A stretch of DNA of 64,000 nucleotides, from positions 63,054,001-63,118,000 of the forward strand of contig NC_043009.1 of assembly GCF_006345805.1 (NCBI RefSeq), in the 5' to 3' direction. The translations under genes and the position numbers were made by a program. Below the pieces are notes generated by a model. The model searched no databases and was not told the origin of the DNA. It was given only the letters and a program-made list of their open reading frames with translations. Positions 1 to 16,022 of the stretch are shown here, piece after piece (the stretch's first letter is position 1; every line of letters starts with the position of its first letter). The DNA comes from Octopus sinensis (taxonomy: Eukaryota).

Positions 1-212
1 ACACCTGAAAGAATTTGCGAAACGGCCGTAACCTTATGTAAGTTACTCGGTCAAATAAATCTCTCTTCATCTCTCATATATCTTGATTTATGTTTTATAT
101 ACTCCGCAAAGAATAATCTCAAGGATTTTCAGTCACGTGTACATTTTACATTACACTACATTATAATTGATTACTATATAGGATGATAGCCGAGTCCGTA
201 TGAGGAGCTTAC

Positions 213-266
213 TGTGATACCTGCATGATTCTCTGAATCCATGTCTGGCACTACCCGACTACTCAT
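213..266 (-). CDS. Candidate first coding exon of a divergent gene
   Basis: Minus strand AAATG...ATCACA|GTAAGC gives MSSRVVPDMDSENHAGIT (phase 0); acceptor-like ttctttcag ends at position 5. No homology recognised. Confidence 0.25.
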
Positions 267-1019
267 TTATATCTGTGTGTGTGAGTATGTGTGTATGCAT
301 CTACACACACGCACGCACTCATATGTAAGAAGTAAATAAAACTAAATGAAAATGTGTTTATTCACTAAAGTGCAACTTGTTGACTATCTTTTTATGTATT
401 TATGAAGTATATACACTTGTTCATGGCAATGCTCCAGCAAAACCTTAACCAAGATGGCAAAAACCTACTAAAGACCTACAGAATGTCAAAAATACACTGA
501 CAAAAACGAAAGAAAAATCACCATTTCCCTCTCTCATAAACTGCTGATTGAGTTCACGTACGTAATTCCCGCTAAACCTAAGCTGATTACTCTTCATCAA
601 AGGATCGACTCTGTTCAACGAATGTAATCTATTCTATATCTATAACTTTAATTAGTAATTTAGTAATTGAAATAAACGAAGTATTTTGTAGAAAAGCAAA
701 ACTTAAGAAACGAGCACGTGAAAATTTAGTAGTTATTTATGGTTATCTCTCTTAATCTGAGTATCCATCCTGTCGGTACAATGTCTCTTGAGGCCAAAAT
801 AAATAAACATAATAAAAAAATGAAGACAGATAGTTTGAAATTGGGTTTTGAGAATAAATGTCTACTGTCAACGATCAGATTAAAAAACGGAGAATGTCTG
901 TCGGAGTCATGTTCCATATGTATAGGTAATTTTACTGTCAAGAAAATAGATTAAAATGTAATGAGTTGAAATAATAGGAAAAAAACCAATTTGCTAGATG
1001 ACTGTGTGTACTAATTTCA

Positions 1020-1167
1020 TAGCAGTGAGTCACTCAATTGAATGGCCAGCTTAAAACGTGAGGTGAGTTAATCGCGCGCACAACAGGCGATCGATCAGCC
1101 GATAGATCAATAAGTACTAGCTGCAAGAAGTGTTGCCCGCGTTTTCCACAGCCGAGAGGGCAACAAG
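1020..1167 (+). promoter_or_regulatory. Candidate promoter / non-coding first exon
   Basis: Locally CpG-rich non-repetitive sequence, TGAGTCA (AP-1-like) at 1026-1032, followed by donor-like CAA|GTAAGC at about 1167. Confidence 0.3.
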
Positions 1168-1831
1168 TAAGCATGCATGTGGTAGCTGGGCCTGCTAGAA
1201 ATAGCAGTCAGATCTCTCTTAAATCACAGCCTATGGTTTTCAATAAGGAAAACACTTATGATTTCAACATACTTGCACCACTAAAAAATAAATAAATGAA
1301 TTAAAAATAACAAAGCTAACGAGGTGGTCATGGTTGGAATATCATGGCTGGACAATCAAGGTTGATCTATGGTGAAACAGTAATAACAACGAAGTGAGTG
1401 CATTTGGTGCAATATTAGTCAGTGTTTATGAATCACAGAAATATTACAATCTCAGTTGTGTCTTTACAACATTGTTCTCTGACGTAAGGGTTACAAGTTG
1501 AGTAACGGTTCGCAAATAGAACATACCTGTGTAGTAAGTAGCTTGCTTCCCAACCACATGGTTCCGGGTTCAGTCCCACTGTGTGGCACCTTGGGCAAGT
1601 GTTTCTTCTACTACAGCCTCGGGCCGACCAAAGCCTTAAGTGTGGAGTTGGTAGACGGAAACTGAAAGAAGCCTGACGTAAATGTATATACACACGCACA
1701 TACACACGCTTGGGCGTGCGTGCGTGCGTGTGTGTGTGTGTGTGTGTGTGTTCCCCCACCCCACCACTGGATAACCGTAACTGGTCATTCTCTGCCGCTT
1801 TTGTGATGGAACTTTGACACACGCACGCACA

Positions 1832-1881
<50 letters not shown>

Positions 1882-2089
1882 GGATCAGGCAAGGCTGTGA
1901 AGTAAGCAGTTTACTTCCCAATCACATAGTTTCAAATTCAGACCCACTGCCTGACACCTTGAGCAAGTATCTTCAGCTGTAGCCCTGAGCCACTCAAAAC
2001 CTTGAGAGTGGATTTGGTGGCTGGAAACTGAATGTGTGTGTGTGTGTGATACTGTCTCCTTGCCTTGACATCATGTGATAGTTGTAAAT

Positions 2090-2800
2090 GAATGTCACCA
2101 CCAAGCAAGCGGTTTCCTTTGCTGGAAACAAAGGAACTCATTTGCATAATGGTGGTCCATGTGAATTCTCACTTATCATGAAAACCAAGTTCCATGAAAC
2201 TGTGATGGTCTTTTGGTGTGTTTCCAGTGAAGCTGATGTCCCACCTTTGAACAGGACCTTAAGCTTAATTCAGATGGCTGTCTGAAGCTGTTGAAAACTA
2301 GTGGTCAATCATTGGCTGGGGAGGGTCACTGCTGGAAGGCCATATACATGTGGTAGCAGGAATCAGCTCCTTGCCATACTCCCTTCCCCCAACCAGAAAG
2401 AGTCGGAAATGGTTGACAGGAAATTTCTATGACTTCCACAGCCCCAACTTCTGACCTCCTAATTCCCTGACTTGTAACCCTATGGATTACCATGTGTGGG
2501 TCACAGTTGGGAAAGGCACCAACTGCTCTGCCTGCAACACCAAGGCTAAGCTAGTGGTCAAGATCAAGGAGTTGTTTGAAGATCTCTTCAAGGAAACAGT
2601 GAAGAATGCAAGAGCCAGGTTCCAGAGTCATTTTTAGATCACGGTGGAAGCTGAGGGTGGCTACGTTGAGCAAAGTGTTACCTCCCAGCCATAATCTTTT
2701 TGATATTTTTTGATTTTTTAAAATGCTTTTATTTTGGGATAAGATATTGCCATTTTCCCTTTTATACGATTTGTCAGATTTAGCCTGGACACCTTCTATA
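2090..2800 (+). mobile_element. Tc1/mariner-superfamily (DD37D/maT-like) transposase 3' remnant
   Basis: TKFHETVMVFWCVSSEADVPP..QQESAPCH..PPNS(P)DCNPMDYHVW..EAEGGYVE across frameshifts; TIR-like end near 2775-2800. Confidence 0.7.
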
Positions 2801-3528
2801 ATATATGATGATGTTACTCTTTTACTCTTTTACTTGTTTCAGTCACTTGACTGCAGCCATGCTGGAGCACCGCCTTTTGGTCGAACAAATCGACCCCAGG
2901 ACTTATTCTTTATGAGCCTAGTACTCATCCTATCAGTCTCTTTTGCTGAACCGCTAGGTTACAGGGACATAAACACACCAACATCAGTTGTCAAACAATG
3001 GTGGGGGGACAAACACAAACACACACACACACACATGTTGATGATGATAATTATATATATATATCATTATCATCATCATCATTTAATGTCCATTTTCTAT
3101 GCTGGCATGGGTTGAATGCTTTAACAGGATCCGGTGAGCCTGCAAGGCTGGGCTGAGCTCTCGTGTCAGCTATAGCATGGTTCCTCTGGTCAGATGCTCT
3201 TCCTAACCCTAACCACATCACCGTGGGTACTGCGTGTTTCTGTCATGCCACTGACACTAACGAGATGGCAAGAGTAAGTCAGTGTCCAGTTTACCTGAAG
3301 GGTGGCCAGTATTACTGGATTTAACTGACCCTCACCACTCCCTCTGCTTCTTTCTCACATCATAAATACACCCAGCTGCAGGCAAGAATATTTGATAACC
3401 TTCAAGTTTGTCCATCTTCATACATTATGCAAGAATTTCCAGCATTAACTCTCTCTTCATGCATTTATGCATTTCACTGAAAATTCCTGCATTTTAGAAA
3501 TTCTCTGCTATTTGCAATATATTATTTA

Positions 3529-3918
3529 CTAGCAGTATCGCCCAGCATTGCTCGAGTTTATTTTGACCCTATAGAATTGGAATTTTCGAAAAGTAAAAAT
3601 TTTGCATTATGTAGCTTGTTATTCTCTTTAAGTGAACATTTTTCTGGTTGAAATACACTGAAAAATGGCGACACAGCAGTAAAAAAAACATAAAAATAGG
3701 AATTTTCATAGAAAAAAGCACCTTTTTTATGTAAATAATTTTTTGTGTTAACATGGTCCGATCTGAATTTTTTCTTCTACAGAAGGAAGAGCAAGCCTTC
3801 TTCTATCATACTTTCAATTTTGGTCAACTTGTGCCACAGGGTCTCGGAGGAGATAGTGTTAGTTGAAAGCTACCAAACCTACCATATACAGACAACTTCA
3901 GCTTTATATATAGAGAGA
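3529..3918 (-). mobile_element. Non-autonomous Helitron
   Basis: Minus strand A|TC...GC-rich hairpin-like...GCGATACTGCTAG|T; 3' end shared with 52629-53012. Confidence 0.7.
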
Positions 3919-4797
3919 TTTCACTGTTCCCTTTTTGGAGTTCTGTTTGAGAGGCTCTAAATTTGTTGATGTGCACTATCTTTCAACTCATTCTGAATGT
4001 GTATTGTATAACCGTTCACACTGGATCGTTATAGAGTTCATAACATTGCTTCTTTTTTTTTTTGCTTCAACCAGATTTAGGGGTACATATGGCTTTGAGA
4101 GTGTGTTTATGTTTATGTTTCCTTGTCTGGACAACATGCGATAGTTGTAAAATGATTGTCCCTGTCATACAAGCAGTGTCGTTCATTGCCAATATTTTGT
4201 GAGAACATGTTTAGCCATGGGGGGGGAGGGAGAATATTGGTTTCATGTTTTAGCACAAGGCCAGCAATTTTTGTGGGAGGGGGTTAAGTCATTTACTTCT
4301 ACCCCAGTGTGCAACTGGTACTTATTTTATTGACCCCGAAAGGATGAAAGACAATGTTGACTTAGGTTGAATTTGAACTCAGAATGTTACGACAGACCAG
4401 GGCTGGTGACAAGAAGGACATCTAGCCATAGAAAATCTGCCTCAGTAAATTCCATCCAACCCATGACAGCATGGAAAAGTGGACGTTAAAAGGATGATGA
4501 TGATGATGTGTAGGTGATAGGTAAAAAAAGGTTGAGAACCACAAGTCTAGTGCTTTAAGTTTAAGCAACATTTGTATGTCTTACTACAATAACAATTGGT
4601 ACAAACACATTTATGTTAATTTGTGTTAATTTATTCAAGTTTACCTGAATAAATTAACATTCTGCATTTATTTGTTTTAAGGCACACCACTGATTCTCTG
4701 TAAAGACATCTCAGAAAGAAAAAACAACATATTTCTCATATGCAATGTGCACTATTTGCTAATATTAAAACTATTGTGGTTTTCATTTTGTATATAT

Positions 4798-5210
4798 AGG
4801 TGCAGGGGTGGCTGTGTGGTAAGAAGCTTGCTTCCCAACCACATGGCTCCAGGTTCAGTCCCACTGTATGGCAAAGTGTCTTCTGCTGTAGCTTCAGGCT
4901 GACCAAAGCCTTGTGAGTAGATTTGGTAGACAGAAACTGAAATAAACCCAGCATATGATATGTGTGTGTGTGTGTGTGTGTGTGTGTCCGTGTGTGTGTG
5001 TGTGTGTGTTTGTGTGTCTGTTTGTCCCGCCCCACCATCGCTTGACAACCGATGTTGGTGTGTTAATGTCCCCGCAACTTAGCAGTTCAGCAAAAGAGAC
5101 CGATAGAATAAGTACCAGGCTTACAAAGAATAAGTCCTGGGGTCTATTTGTTCGACTAAAGGCAGTGCTCCAGCATGGGGCGCAGTCGAATGACTGAAAC
5201 AAATAAAAGA
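4798..5210 (+). mobile_element. tRNA-derived SINE family A (CORE-like, internal microsatellite), full-length example
   Basis: A box TGGCTGTGTGG, B box GGTTCAGTCC, central (TG)n, tail ..GACTGAAACAA. Over 25 copies or fragments in the window, e.g. 1527-1815, 2815-3035, 22795-22950, 26725-26880, 28330-28690, 30100-30480, 32925-33250, 40990-41510, 58868-59150, 62675-62841. Confidence 0.9.
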
Positions 5211-6082
5211 ACAAAAAAGCAACAAAAAAAAAAGAATACCGTATTTTCCAACCTACAAGTCAAATTTTTCAAACAAAAATTTACAGTCAGAACAAAGTAG
5301 GTGGACTTATACACCAAGATGACTTAAGAGGACCAAAACATTCCACGTGGAATGCTGCAGAATTCAGAAAGATAATGACAATGTTTGGATGTTTACACAT
5401 TTTTACACTTTGTATTACATCCACTTGTATGCTAGAAAAACGGTACAAGAAATTTGGTAATTACTTTTGCCCCATGCTGCTTTACCTGTTTAATGCAACA
5501 CACCTAATTTAAAGACTCAAAATGTGGCAAAAAGTGTTTATTATATGCAAATAAAATGCAATCCTATTTAAAAGTAGTTAAACCGGTAAAACACCCAAAG
5601 TAATTTTCTCTGCTAATTCTTTCTGGCACCTTTACAACGTTTTGCTAACCATATTCGTTTAGATTACTTAACACTCCTGTTCCGTCCAAGTTTGTGGCGC
5701 TTTCATATTCTATTTGCAAACTTACGTAAATAATTCCTTCAATTGATGTTTATTTTGATTTGATGCAGGAATTAGAATTTGAGAATATCTTTCTTGTATA
5801 TTACGTTGGATTAAAAGCATCTTCAGAGTAAAAGATAATCTATATCCTCCTCATCATCATCACCATCACCATCACCACTACCACCATCCTCACCATCATT
5901 ATCACCATTGCCACCACCACCACCATCGCTATCATCATCACCATCACCATCATGATCATTATCATCATTTAACATCTGATGATGATATGAATAATTTTTT
6001 ACCCTGAAGATTTTTTAAAAATCCCTAGTATGCATGCACATGCACACACACACATGCACGCATACACACACACACATGCACG

Positions 6083-6122
<40 letters not shown>

Positions 6123-8874
6123 ATTGTGTATAGCCATACTTACCATGTTTGTGTACACTCAAATTTGGGAAGATCTTTTGGTGTGGAAATATTTCCAGAA
6201 AAAATCTTCTCATCAGCTAAATATTTGGAAACATATTGGGCTATGAATGATGTCATTAGAGCATAGGATGCATGCATTTCTCTATCATTGCACATCGTCA
6301 GCTATGAATATCAAATTTGTCTTTCATGACCCTGTATGAATGATAGTTATGATTTATAAGAAGAGTACATAGTACATTTACTGATGTGCATAAAGCTTGA
6401 TCAAACTGGAATTAAATAACTAGACACACACAAAACAACCTTGAAAAAAATACACTCATATACAACCATAATTAACATACTTGTGTACATTTGCATCTGG
6501 GGAGACTTTTCACTGCTGAAATAGACCTGAGAGAAAATTATCTTTCGCTTATGTGTGACTGCATAAAACTCAGCAAAGTAACTGAATTCAGTTGTTTTCA
6601 GTCACAAGCTACACATCATTAATGTGAACTGCTAACATGTTGACATTTTAGCATTTGGATTACTCTGTCAACTGTAATATTTATTATTTATTCACATTGC
6701 TTTGAATCAATCAAACATTATCTTGTAGTTTCAGGATTTCAATGATATGATTGTTTATTTGTAGGTTAGGTGTAAGAAACTGGAGCTGGCCAGTTTGAAC
6801 CTAAAACAGGTTGAATATTTGGGTCAGCTGAGGACTGAAAGAGGTTTTTGTGGAGAACCAAAGTTTTGTCATTCTCTGATAGTGTTTAGCATATGACAGA
6901 AAAAATAATTCTGTGATAAAAATTAAAAAAAAAATATTTAGCTTTCAATCAAGCTCTGATCATTTGATTTTCTTTTCTGATATATTACATCCAAGACTTC
7001 TTTATTTGCCACATAAAAATCACTGGCACTGGCACCTTGTAAAAAGCATCGGTATTGGTACTACGTAAAAAGCACCCAGTGCATTCTGTAAAGTTGTTGG
7101 TGTTAAGAAGGGCATCCGACTGTAGGGATCATGCCAAAACAGGTGATGGAGCCTGGTGCGGGCCCTGGCCTTACCAGCTCCTGTCAAAGAGTTCAACTCA
7201 TGTCAGCATGGAAAATGAACGTTAAATGATGATGATGATGATGATGATGGCGATGGTGATGGTGACGATGATAATGATGATGATGATTCCATTTGTAAGA
7301 TAAGGTGGTATTTAAGGAAGATTTGACCACAACTTTTTCAAATCAATTCACTGTGTAGAAGCTTCATCATTGGTTCGTTACAATGACAGCGGACAGGATT
7401 GGCCCCATGGTGAAGTTGAAGTTGGCTTACCACACACTTAGATGAAGCTGGAAAGTTTGCAGTAAAATGACAGTCTAGTAAATACTTGGGGGCTTTTATG
7501 GGAGGACATGAAACTCCAGTAATTTTAGCTAAGATTTGAACTCAAAACTTTTGGCCTGTTTAATCAATATATTAGTATGTAAGTCACTGACATGTTGGCA
7601 GAATGACTAAACGAGGACTCGTCCCACCAAAAAGAAACACAGCTGTATAACGATCTCTTGCCTGTTTCCATTGTGATAAGGGAAAGGAGCTTGTGCTTTG
7701 CAGGACATTGCTGGTGAGCTAAACAAGAGCTGGCAACTGACCTTCTGCTATGGATGCTGAAGCCTGGCCATACTCGAGCAGGTCATCCGAGCACAATGTA
7801 TGTAGGTCAACTCAACAGAAACAGTGGATGCCACCATGAAGACCTCCCCCAACAAATGCAGGGCCACGATGGATGGCACTTGTGGGTTAAAAATGTCCAA
7901 GCATGTTCGACCAGATGAAGGTTGATGAAGATTATATTGTAATGGATTCAAGCTTTTACTACATTCACTACAATTATTGTGCCTTAACAAGTAAAAAACA
8001 ATTCTGCTTTCCCCAGTTTTGCGTGATAGACCACAGGTTTCAGTTCTGTTTCAGATTTGAATGATTAACATCAAGAGAAGCATCAACATCATCATCATCA
8101 TCGTTTAACGTCCGCTTTCCATGCTAGCATGGGTTTGACGGTTTGACTGAGGGCTGGCGAACCAGATGGCTGCACCAGGCTTCAATCTTGATCTGGCAGA
8201 GTTTCTACAGCTGGATGCTCTTCCTAACGCCAACCACTCCGAGAGTGTAGTGGGTGCTTTTACGTGCCACTGGCACGGGGCCAGTCAGGTGGTACTGGAA
8301 ACGACCTTGCTCGAATCTTTTACACATGCCACCGGCACAGGTGCTGGTAACGATCACGCTCAAATAGTGCCTCTTACATGCCACCGGCACGGAGGGCAGA
8401 TAACCGCTCTGGCAATGATCATGCTTGGATGGTGCTCTTAATACCCTACTAGCACAGGGCTCGAGTACCAGTAAGGTGATGCTGGTAACAATCACACTCG
8501 AATGGTGCCTTTTATGTGCCACTGGCACGGAAGCCGGTTAGCCACTCTGTCAACGATCACACTCGTATGGTGCTCTTTGCACCCCACTAGCATGGACGTT
8601 GTTAAAAGAAAAACTCCAAGATACAATGGATGTCATCTGAAGGGTCTCAGCTGTGATGTAGGAAATAATTACTGTTGGGATCCAAATTAGAAATTGCAAA
8701 ACAAAAGAAGGAACATTAATGAAAGTTGCTGGATTTTACAGATTGACGGATACGAACTGGTTTTATGGATGCTTCACATCTCAGAAGAATTGGATAGTTT
8801 CATGGACAGGTACTTTGGGTAAAATATATCTGTTTGGGTAGATAAATGGAAGTAACAGGGTGTGAGATGGAAGG

Positions 8875-9089
8875 GGGAGAGAGAGAAAGAGAGAGAGAGA
8901 GAGTGAATGAGGTGTGTGTGTGTGTGAAAGAGAGAGAGAAAAAGAGAAAGAGAGAGAGAAAAAGAGAAAGAGAGAGAGTGAATGAGTATATGTGTGTGTG
9001 TGTGTGTGTGTGAAAGAGAGAGAGAGAAAAAGAGAGAGAAAGAGTGAATGAGTGTGTGTGTGAGAGAGACAGAGAGTAAAAGTGAATGA

Positions 9090-9125
<36 letters not shown>

Positions 9126-9330
9126 GAGAGAGAGAAAAAGAGAGAGAAAGAGTGAATGAGTGTGTGTGTGAGAGAGACAGAGAGTAAGAGTGAATGAGTG
9201 TGTGTGTGTGTGTGAAAGAGAGAGAGAGAAAAAGAGAGAGAGTGAATGAGTGTGTGTGTGAAAGAGAGAGAGAGAGTGAATGAGTGTGTGTGTGTGTGTG
9301 TGTGTGTGTATGAAAGAGAAAGAAAGAAAG

Positions 9331-9365
<35 letters not shown>

Positions 9366-9370
9366 GATGG
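8875..9370 (+). repeat. Compound (GA)n/(GT)n array punctuated by GAGTGAATGAG
   Basis: Direct inspection. Confidence 0.9.
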
Positions 9371-9609
9371 TGGTGGCAGGGAAAGGAAATTAGCAGATGC
9401 CGTTCTGTTTATTTAATCAGAGGCTGGCAGCGTGGGTGGGGAGCGAGATGAAGTAATTAAAGCCTGAAGAAACAAGTCAGATCTTCAAAGATGCACAAAA
9501 GATAACAGGCGGAAAAAGAATAGAAAATGGTATTTTTAACAAGAAGAGGGAGTGGCACATGTGAGTGTATTACATATGCAGGCACAACCACACTTCTGTC
9601 TACATACAC

Positions 9610-10975
<1,366 letters not shown>

Positions 10976-11171
10976 GTCCACAAACCATTCTGTTGCAAAT
11001 AACTACAACAAATGATGAGGATCAGATAAAATGAGGAACAACATCAATCACGAACATGTCTCAAATATATGTTGAGCCTGATATTAATCATGCGCATATT
11101 TCAAATATATATATAGAGAGAGATTAACCCTTACAATGCCAACGTCCATGAGACTGTCCCTGATTCTACAA

Positions 11172-11588
11172 TACTCTTTACTCGTTATTCTTTTACTTGT
11201 TTCAGTCATTTTGACTGTGGCCATGCTGGAGCACCACCTGGGGTCGAGCAGATCAACCCCAGGACTTATTCTTTGTAAGCCTAGTACTTATTCTATCTGT
11301 CTCTTTTGCCGAACCGCTAAGTTACGGGGACGTAAACACGCCAGCATCAGTTGTCAAGCGATGTTGGGGGGACAAACACAGACACACACACACACATATA
11401 CATATATATATATATACATATATACGACGGGCTTCTTTCAGTTTCCATCTACCAAATCCACTCACAAGGCTTTGGTTGGCCCGAGGCTATAGTAGAAGAC
11501 ACTTGCCCAAGGTGCCACGCAGTAGGACTGAACCCGGAACCATGTGGTTTGTAAAGAAGCTACTTACCACACAGCCACTCCTACACCT
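11172..11588 (-). mobile_element. SINE family A
   Basis: Full-length reverse copy, AATAC repeated at both flanks. Confidence 0.9.
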
Positions 11589-12577
11589 AATACAAACTTT
11601 CTGGTTTAAAGTGATTTAAATGAAGACCGTCTGTCAAAATCCCAGGTTATTTTATGTTTCAAACACTAGCAATAACAAGGACAAAATTATTTTATTAAGT
11701 CCTTCATTTTTGTTAAAATTTAATTAAAAGAAAGTCAATGTTTTTCAACAGAAATATTCTTTTCGACTCTAGGCACAAAGCCCAAAATTATTGGAGTGGG
11801 AGCCGGTCGATTAGATCAACCCCAGTACACAACTGGTACTTAATTTATCAACCCTGAAAGGATGAAAGCAAAGTTGACCTCGGCGGAATTTGAACTCAGA
11901 ATGGAAAGACGTACAAAATACTGCTAAGCATTTGCCTGGTGTGCTAACAGTTCTGCTAGAAATATGGTAATGAAACAATTAAGCTGTATTACATTCGCCA
12001 CAGGCTTTTGCACAAAGAAGTTTTGTGTCTTGCAGAGGCCACTAGTTTGTTACATAGAAGTACTGGACTGAAATGGTGCTACATTACAAGGCAATCAGCT
12101 GTGATCCTCTTATATTTCTGCTTCTAGTTGCTTGTAAAGACATGTGGCTTTGCGGTTGGCATATTCAGCTCTGGCACGTAAAAAGTATCATCCAAACGTG
12201 GCCGATGCCAGCACCACCTCGACTGGCTTCCGTGCTGGTGGCACGTAAAAAGCACCTTCCGAATGTGGCTGATGCCAGCACTGCCTCGACTGGCTTCCAT
12301 GCCGGTGGCACGTAAAAAACACCAACTGATTGTGGTCATTGCCAGCTCCCTCTGGCTCCTGTGCCGGTGGCATGTAAAAAGGTGATATTTCCTCATGGCC
12401 AGATATGCTTTTCATGGAAGACTGGAAAGGAACATCACTTATTTGAATGTAATGCTCATATACAATGGTCACATGATATTAAGACAACAGTACACCTTGA
12501 GCACAAACATGCACGTGCACACACACACACACTCACATACACACACATACACACACATGCATGCACACTCACACACA

Positions 12578-12610
<33 letters not shown>

Positions 12611-13648
12611 CCATGATGGGCTTCTTTCAGTTTCCGTCTACCAAATCCACTCACAAGGCTTTGGTCAGTCCAGGGCTTATAGTAGAAGGCACTTGCCAAG
12701 GTGCTGCACAATGAGACTGAACCCACAACTACATCATCATCATCATCATCTAACATCCATTTTCCATGCTGGCATGGGATGGATGGTTTGACTAGAGCTG
12801 GTAAGAGTGGGGGCTGCGCCAGGCTCCATTGTCTGTTTAGGCATGGCTTCTATGGTTGGTTTTAGAAACGTGTTGGATGCCCTTCCTAACACCAACCACT
12901 TTACTGAGTGTGGACTGGTTACTTTTTACATAGAACCATTACCGGTGCTTTTTATGTGATGCCACCACTGGGAAATTATATTCAATAATTTTACCAACCT
13001 TAATAGAATGATGTATCTAATTGTGAGACTGTCACAGACCTACTGATTAGTCTAAGTAACTGTTAGTTATTCCTAAAAACCTACATTAGAGATTTTTGAC
13101 ACCGAGAATGGAATAACAGGAAATTAAGGGGGAAATGAAATAAAAAAAAAAACATGGTTCTTTCTAAGAGTAGAGCTGGTGTCACTTGTAAGATTGTTAA
13201 CATTTTGGTGAAGTGCTTCAAATTAACCCAGATATTGTGCTGTTTGCTTTTAGAAATTCCTCTAACACTTAATTATGGAGGCATCATTAAAACTGCGTTG
13301 AAAAACAAACCAACAAATGAAAAACAACCAAAACACAAAAAGAAACGATTTCCAATGTTCATTCTTCCTTGAACAATAACTACCTGCAGACATCCTTTCT
13401 GATCCCTTTTTATCCCTTTCATTACCGAATTTCTGTGTTGAAATGCACTGCTTTTGTAGCAATTAATTTTAATAATAATATTTTATAAATTAACTTTGTC
13501 GTTATTAAACTGATTGTTTTTTTTCTTTAAAAATAATTTAAATCAATGTCTTTCATGTAAACGGGGTCTTTGTGGTTCAGTCAAATGTTTGTGTAAGTTA
13601 TTGTAGAATATATATGATGGCTACATCTATCTATCCATCTATCTATCC

Positions 13649-13785
<137 letters not shown>

Positions 13786-14079
13786 CATGTATGAATTCAC
13801 ATAAATCATCATCATCATCACCATCATCATTTGACATCTCTGATCCATGCATTCATGAGTTATACATACAATTCATACACACACACACACACACACACAT
13901 ACACACACATACACACACATACACACATACACATACACACACACACACGTACACACATACATATATGTATATATATATATACCGGAGTAAACACATAAAT
14001 GTGAAACAAGGTGGAAAAAAGAGTACTCAAATACCAGTGGTAGAGTAATATGCTTTATTTAAAGCTGCTTTAAATAAAG

Positions 14080-14121
<42 letters not shown>

Positions 14122-14684
14122 CTGACATGGCCAATGACAGTCCCGCCTGATTGGTACTCATGCCAGTGGAACATTAAAAGCGCTATCCGAGCGTGATTGT
14201 TACCAGGGCCACTGACTGGCTCCCGTGCCATTGGTACATAAGAAGCACTATTCGAGCATGACCGTTGACAGTGTCGCCTTACTGGCAAATGTGCCAGTGG
14301 CATATGAAAAACAACATTTGAGCGTGGTCGTTGCCAGTGCCGCCAGACTGCCACTCGTGCAGGTGGCACGTAAAAAACACCTTTTGAGTGTGGTCATTGC
14401 CAGTACTGCCTGACTGGCCCTTATGCCGGTGGCATGTAAAAGCACCCACTACACTCTCAGAACGGTTGGTGTTAGGAAGGGCATCAAGCTGTATAAATTT
14501 TGCTAGATCAAATTGGAGCTTGGTGCAGCCTCTGGCTCACAAGTCCTCAGTCAAACCGCCCAACCCATGCCAGCATGGAAAGCGGACGTTAAACAACGAT
14601 GATATATATATATATATATATTTAAAAGGTTTTGCAAACCTTACTTTATATAGTCACAATATTTGAAAACAGATTTTCTAAAAG

Positions 14685-14970
14685 GTTGTGGCTGTGTGGT
14701 AAGTAGCTTGCTACCCAGCCACATGGTTCTGGGTTCAGTCCCACTGCGTGGCACCTTGGGCAAGTGGCTTCTACTATAGCCTCGGGCCGACCAAAGCCTT
14801 GTGAGTGGATTTGGGACACAAGAACTGAAAGAGGCTTGTCTTGTATGTATGTATGTATGTATTGTATGTATGTTTGTTTGTTTGTTTGTTTGTATGTTTG
14901 TTTGTTTGTTTGTATGTTTGTTTGTATGTATGTATTGTATGTATGTATGTATGTATTATGTATGTATGTA

Positions 14971-15002
<32 letters not shown>

Positions 15003-15022
15003 TGGTGTGTGTGTGTGTGTGT

Positions 15023-15068
<46 letters not shown>

Positions 15069-15169
15069 TGTGTGCGTGTGTGTGTGTGTGTGCGTGCGTG
15101 TGTGTGTGTGTGTGTGCGTGTGTGTGTGCGTGTGTGTGTGTGTGCGTGTGTGTGTGCGTGCGTGCGTGC

Positions 15170-15240
<71 letters not shown>

Positions 15241-15460
15241 TATATGTTTGTGTGTCTGCGTTTGTCCCCCCCCCATCGTTGCTTGACAACTGATGTTGGT
15301 ATGTTTAGGTCCCTGTAACTTAGCAGTTTGGCAAAAGAGAACGATAGAATAAGTACTAGGCTTACAAAGAATAAGTCCTGGGGTCGATTTGTCTGACTAA
15401 AGGCAGTGCTCCAGTATGGCGACAGTCAAATGACTGAAACAAGTAAAAGAATAAAAGAAT
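14685..15460 (+). mobile_element. SINE family A with ~400-bp expanded internal microsatellite
   Basis: Head and tail intact; centre (TATG)(TTTG)(TG)(TGCG)n. Confidence 0.9.
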
Positions 15461-15735
15461 GTATATATTTAAACTATGTACATATTAGATACATATATAC
15501 ATAGATATATATATACGTATATACATACATATATATATATATTCTTTTTTCTACCCTAGGTACAAGGCCCGAAATTTGGGGGGGAGGAGGCAGTTGATTA
15601 GATCGATCGCAGTACGCAACTGGTACTTAGTATATTGCCCCTGAAAGGGTGAAAGGCAAAGTCGACCTCGGTGGAATTTGAAGTCAGAACATAAAGACAG
15701 ACATAATACCGCTAAGCATTTTGCCAGCTCACCTT

Positions 15736-15775
<40 letters not shown>

Positions 15776-15986
15776 GTGTGTGTGTGTGTATGTGTGTGTG
15801 TGTGTGTGTGTGTGTCTGTGTGTATTGTGTAGATGCTGGCTCTATACTTTCGGGAGTTGCAACTAAGTGACAAAATTATCGATATTATTTAGAAGAGTGG
15901 AATAATATTATTTATTCAGTCCAGATTCTGTGTAAGTTACTCCTCAGAACTTCTTCATAATCATCAGGCAACATGATGACTATACA

Positions 15987-16022
<36 letters not shown>

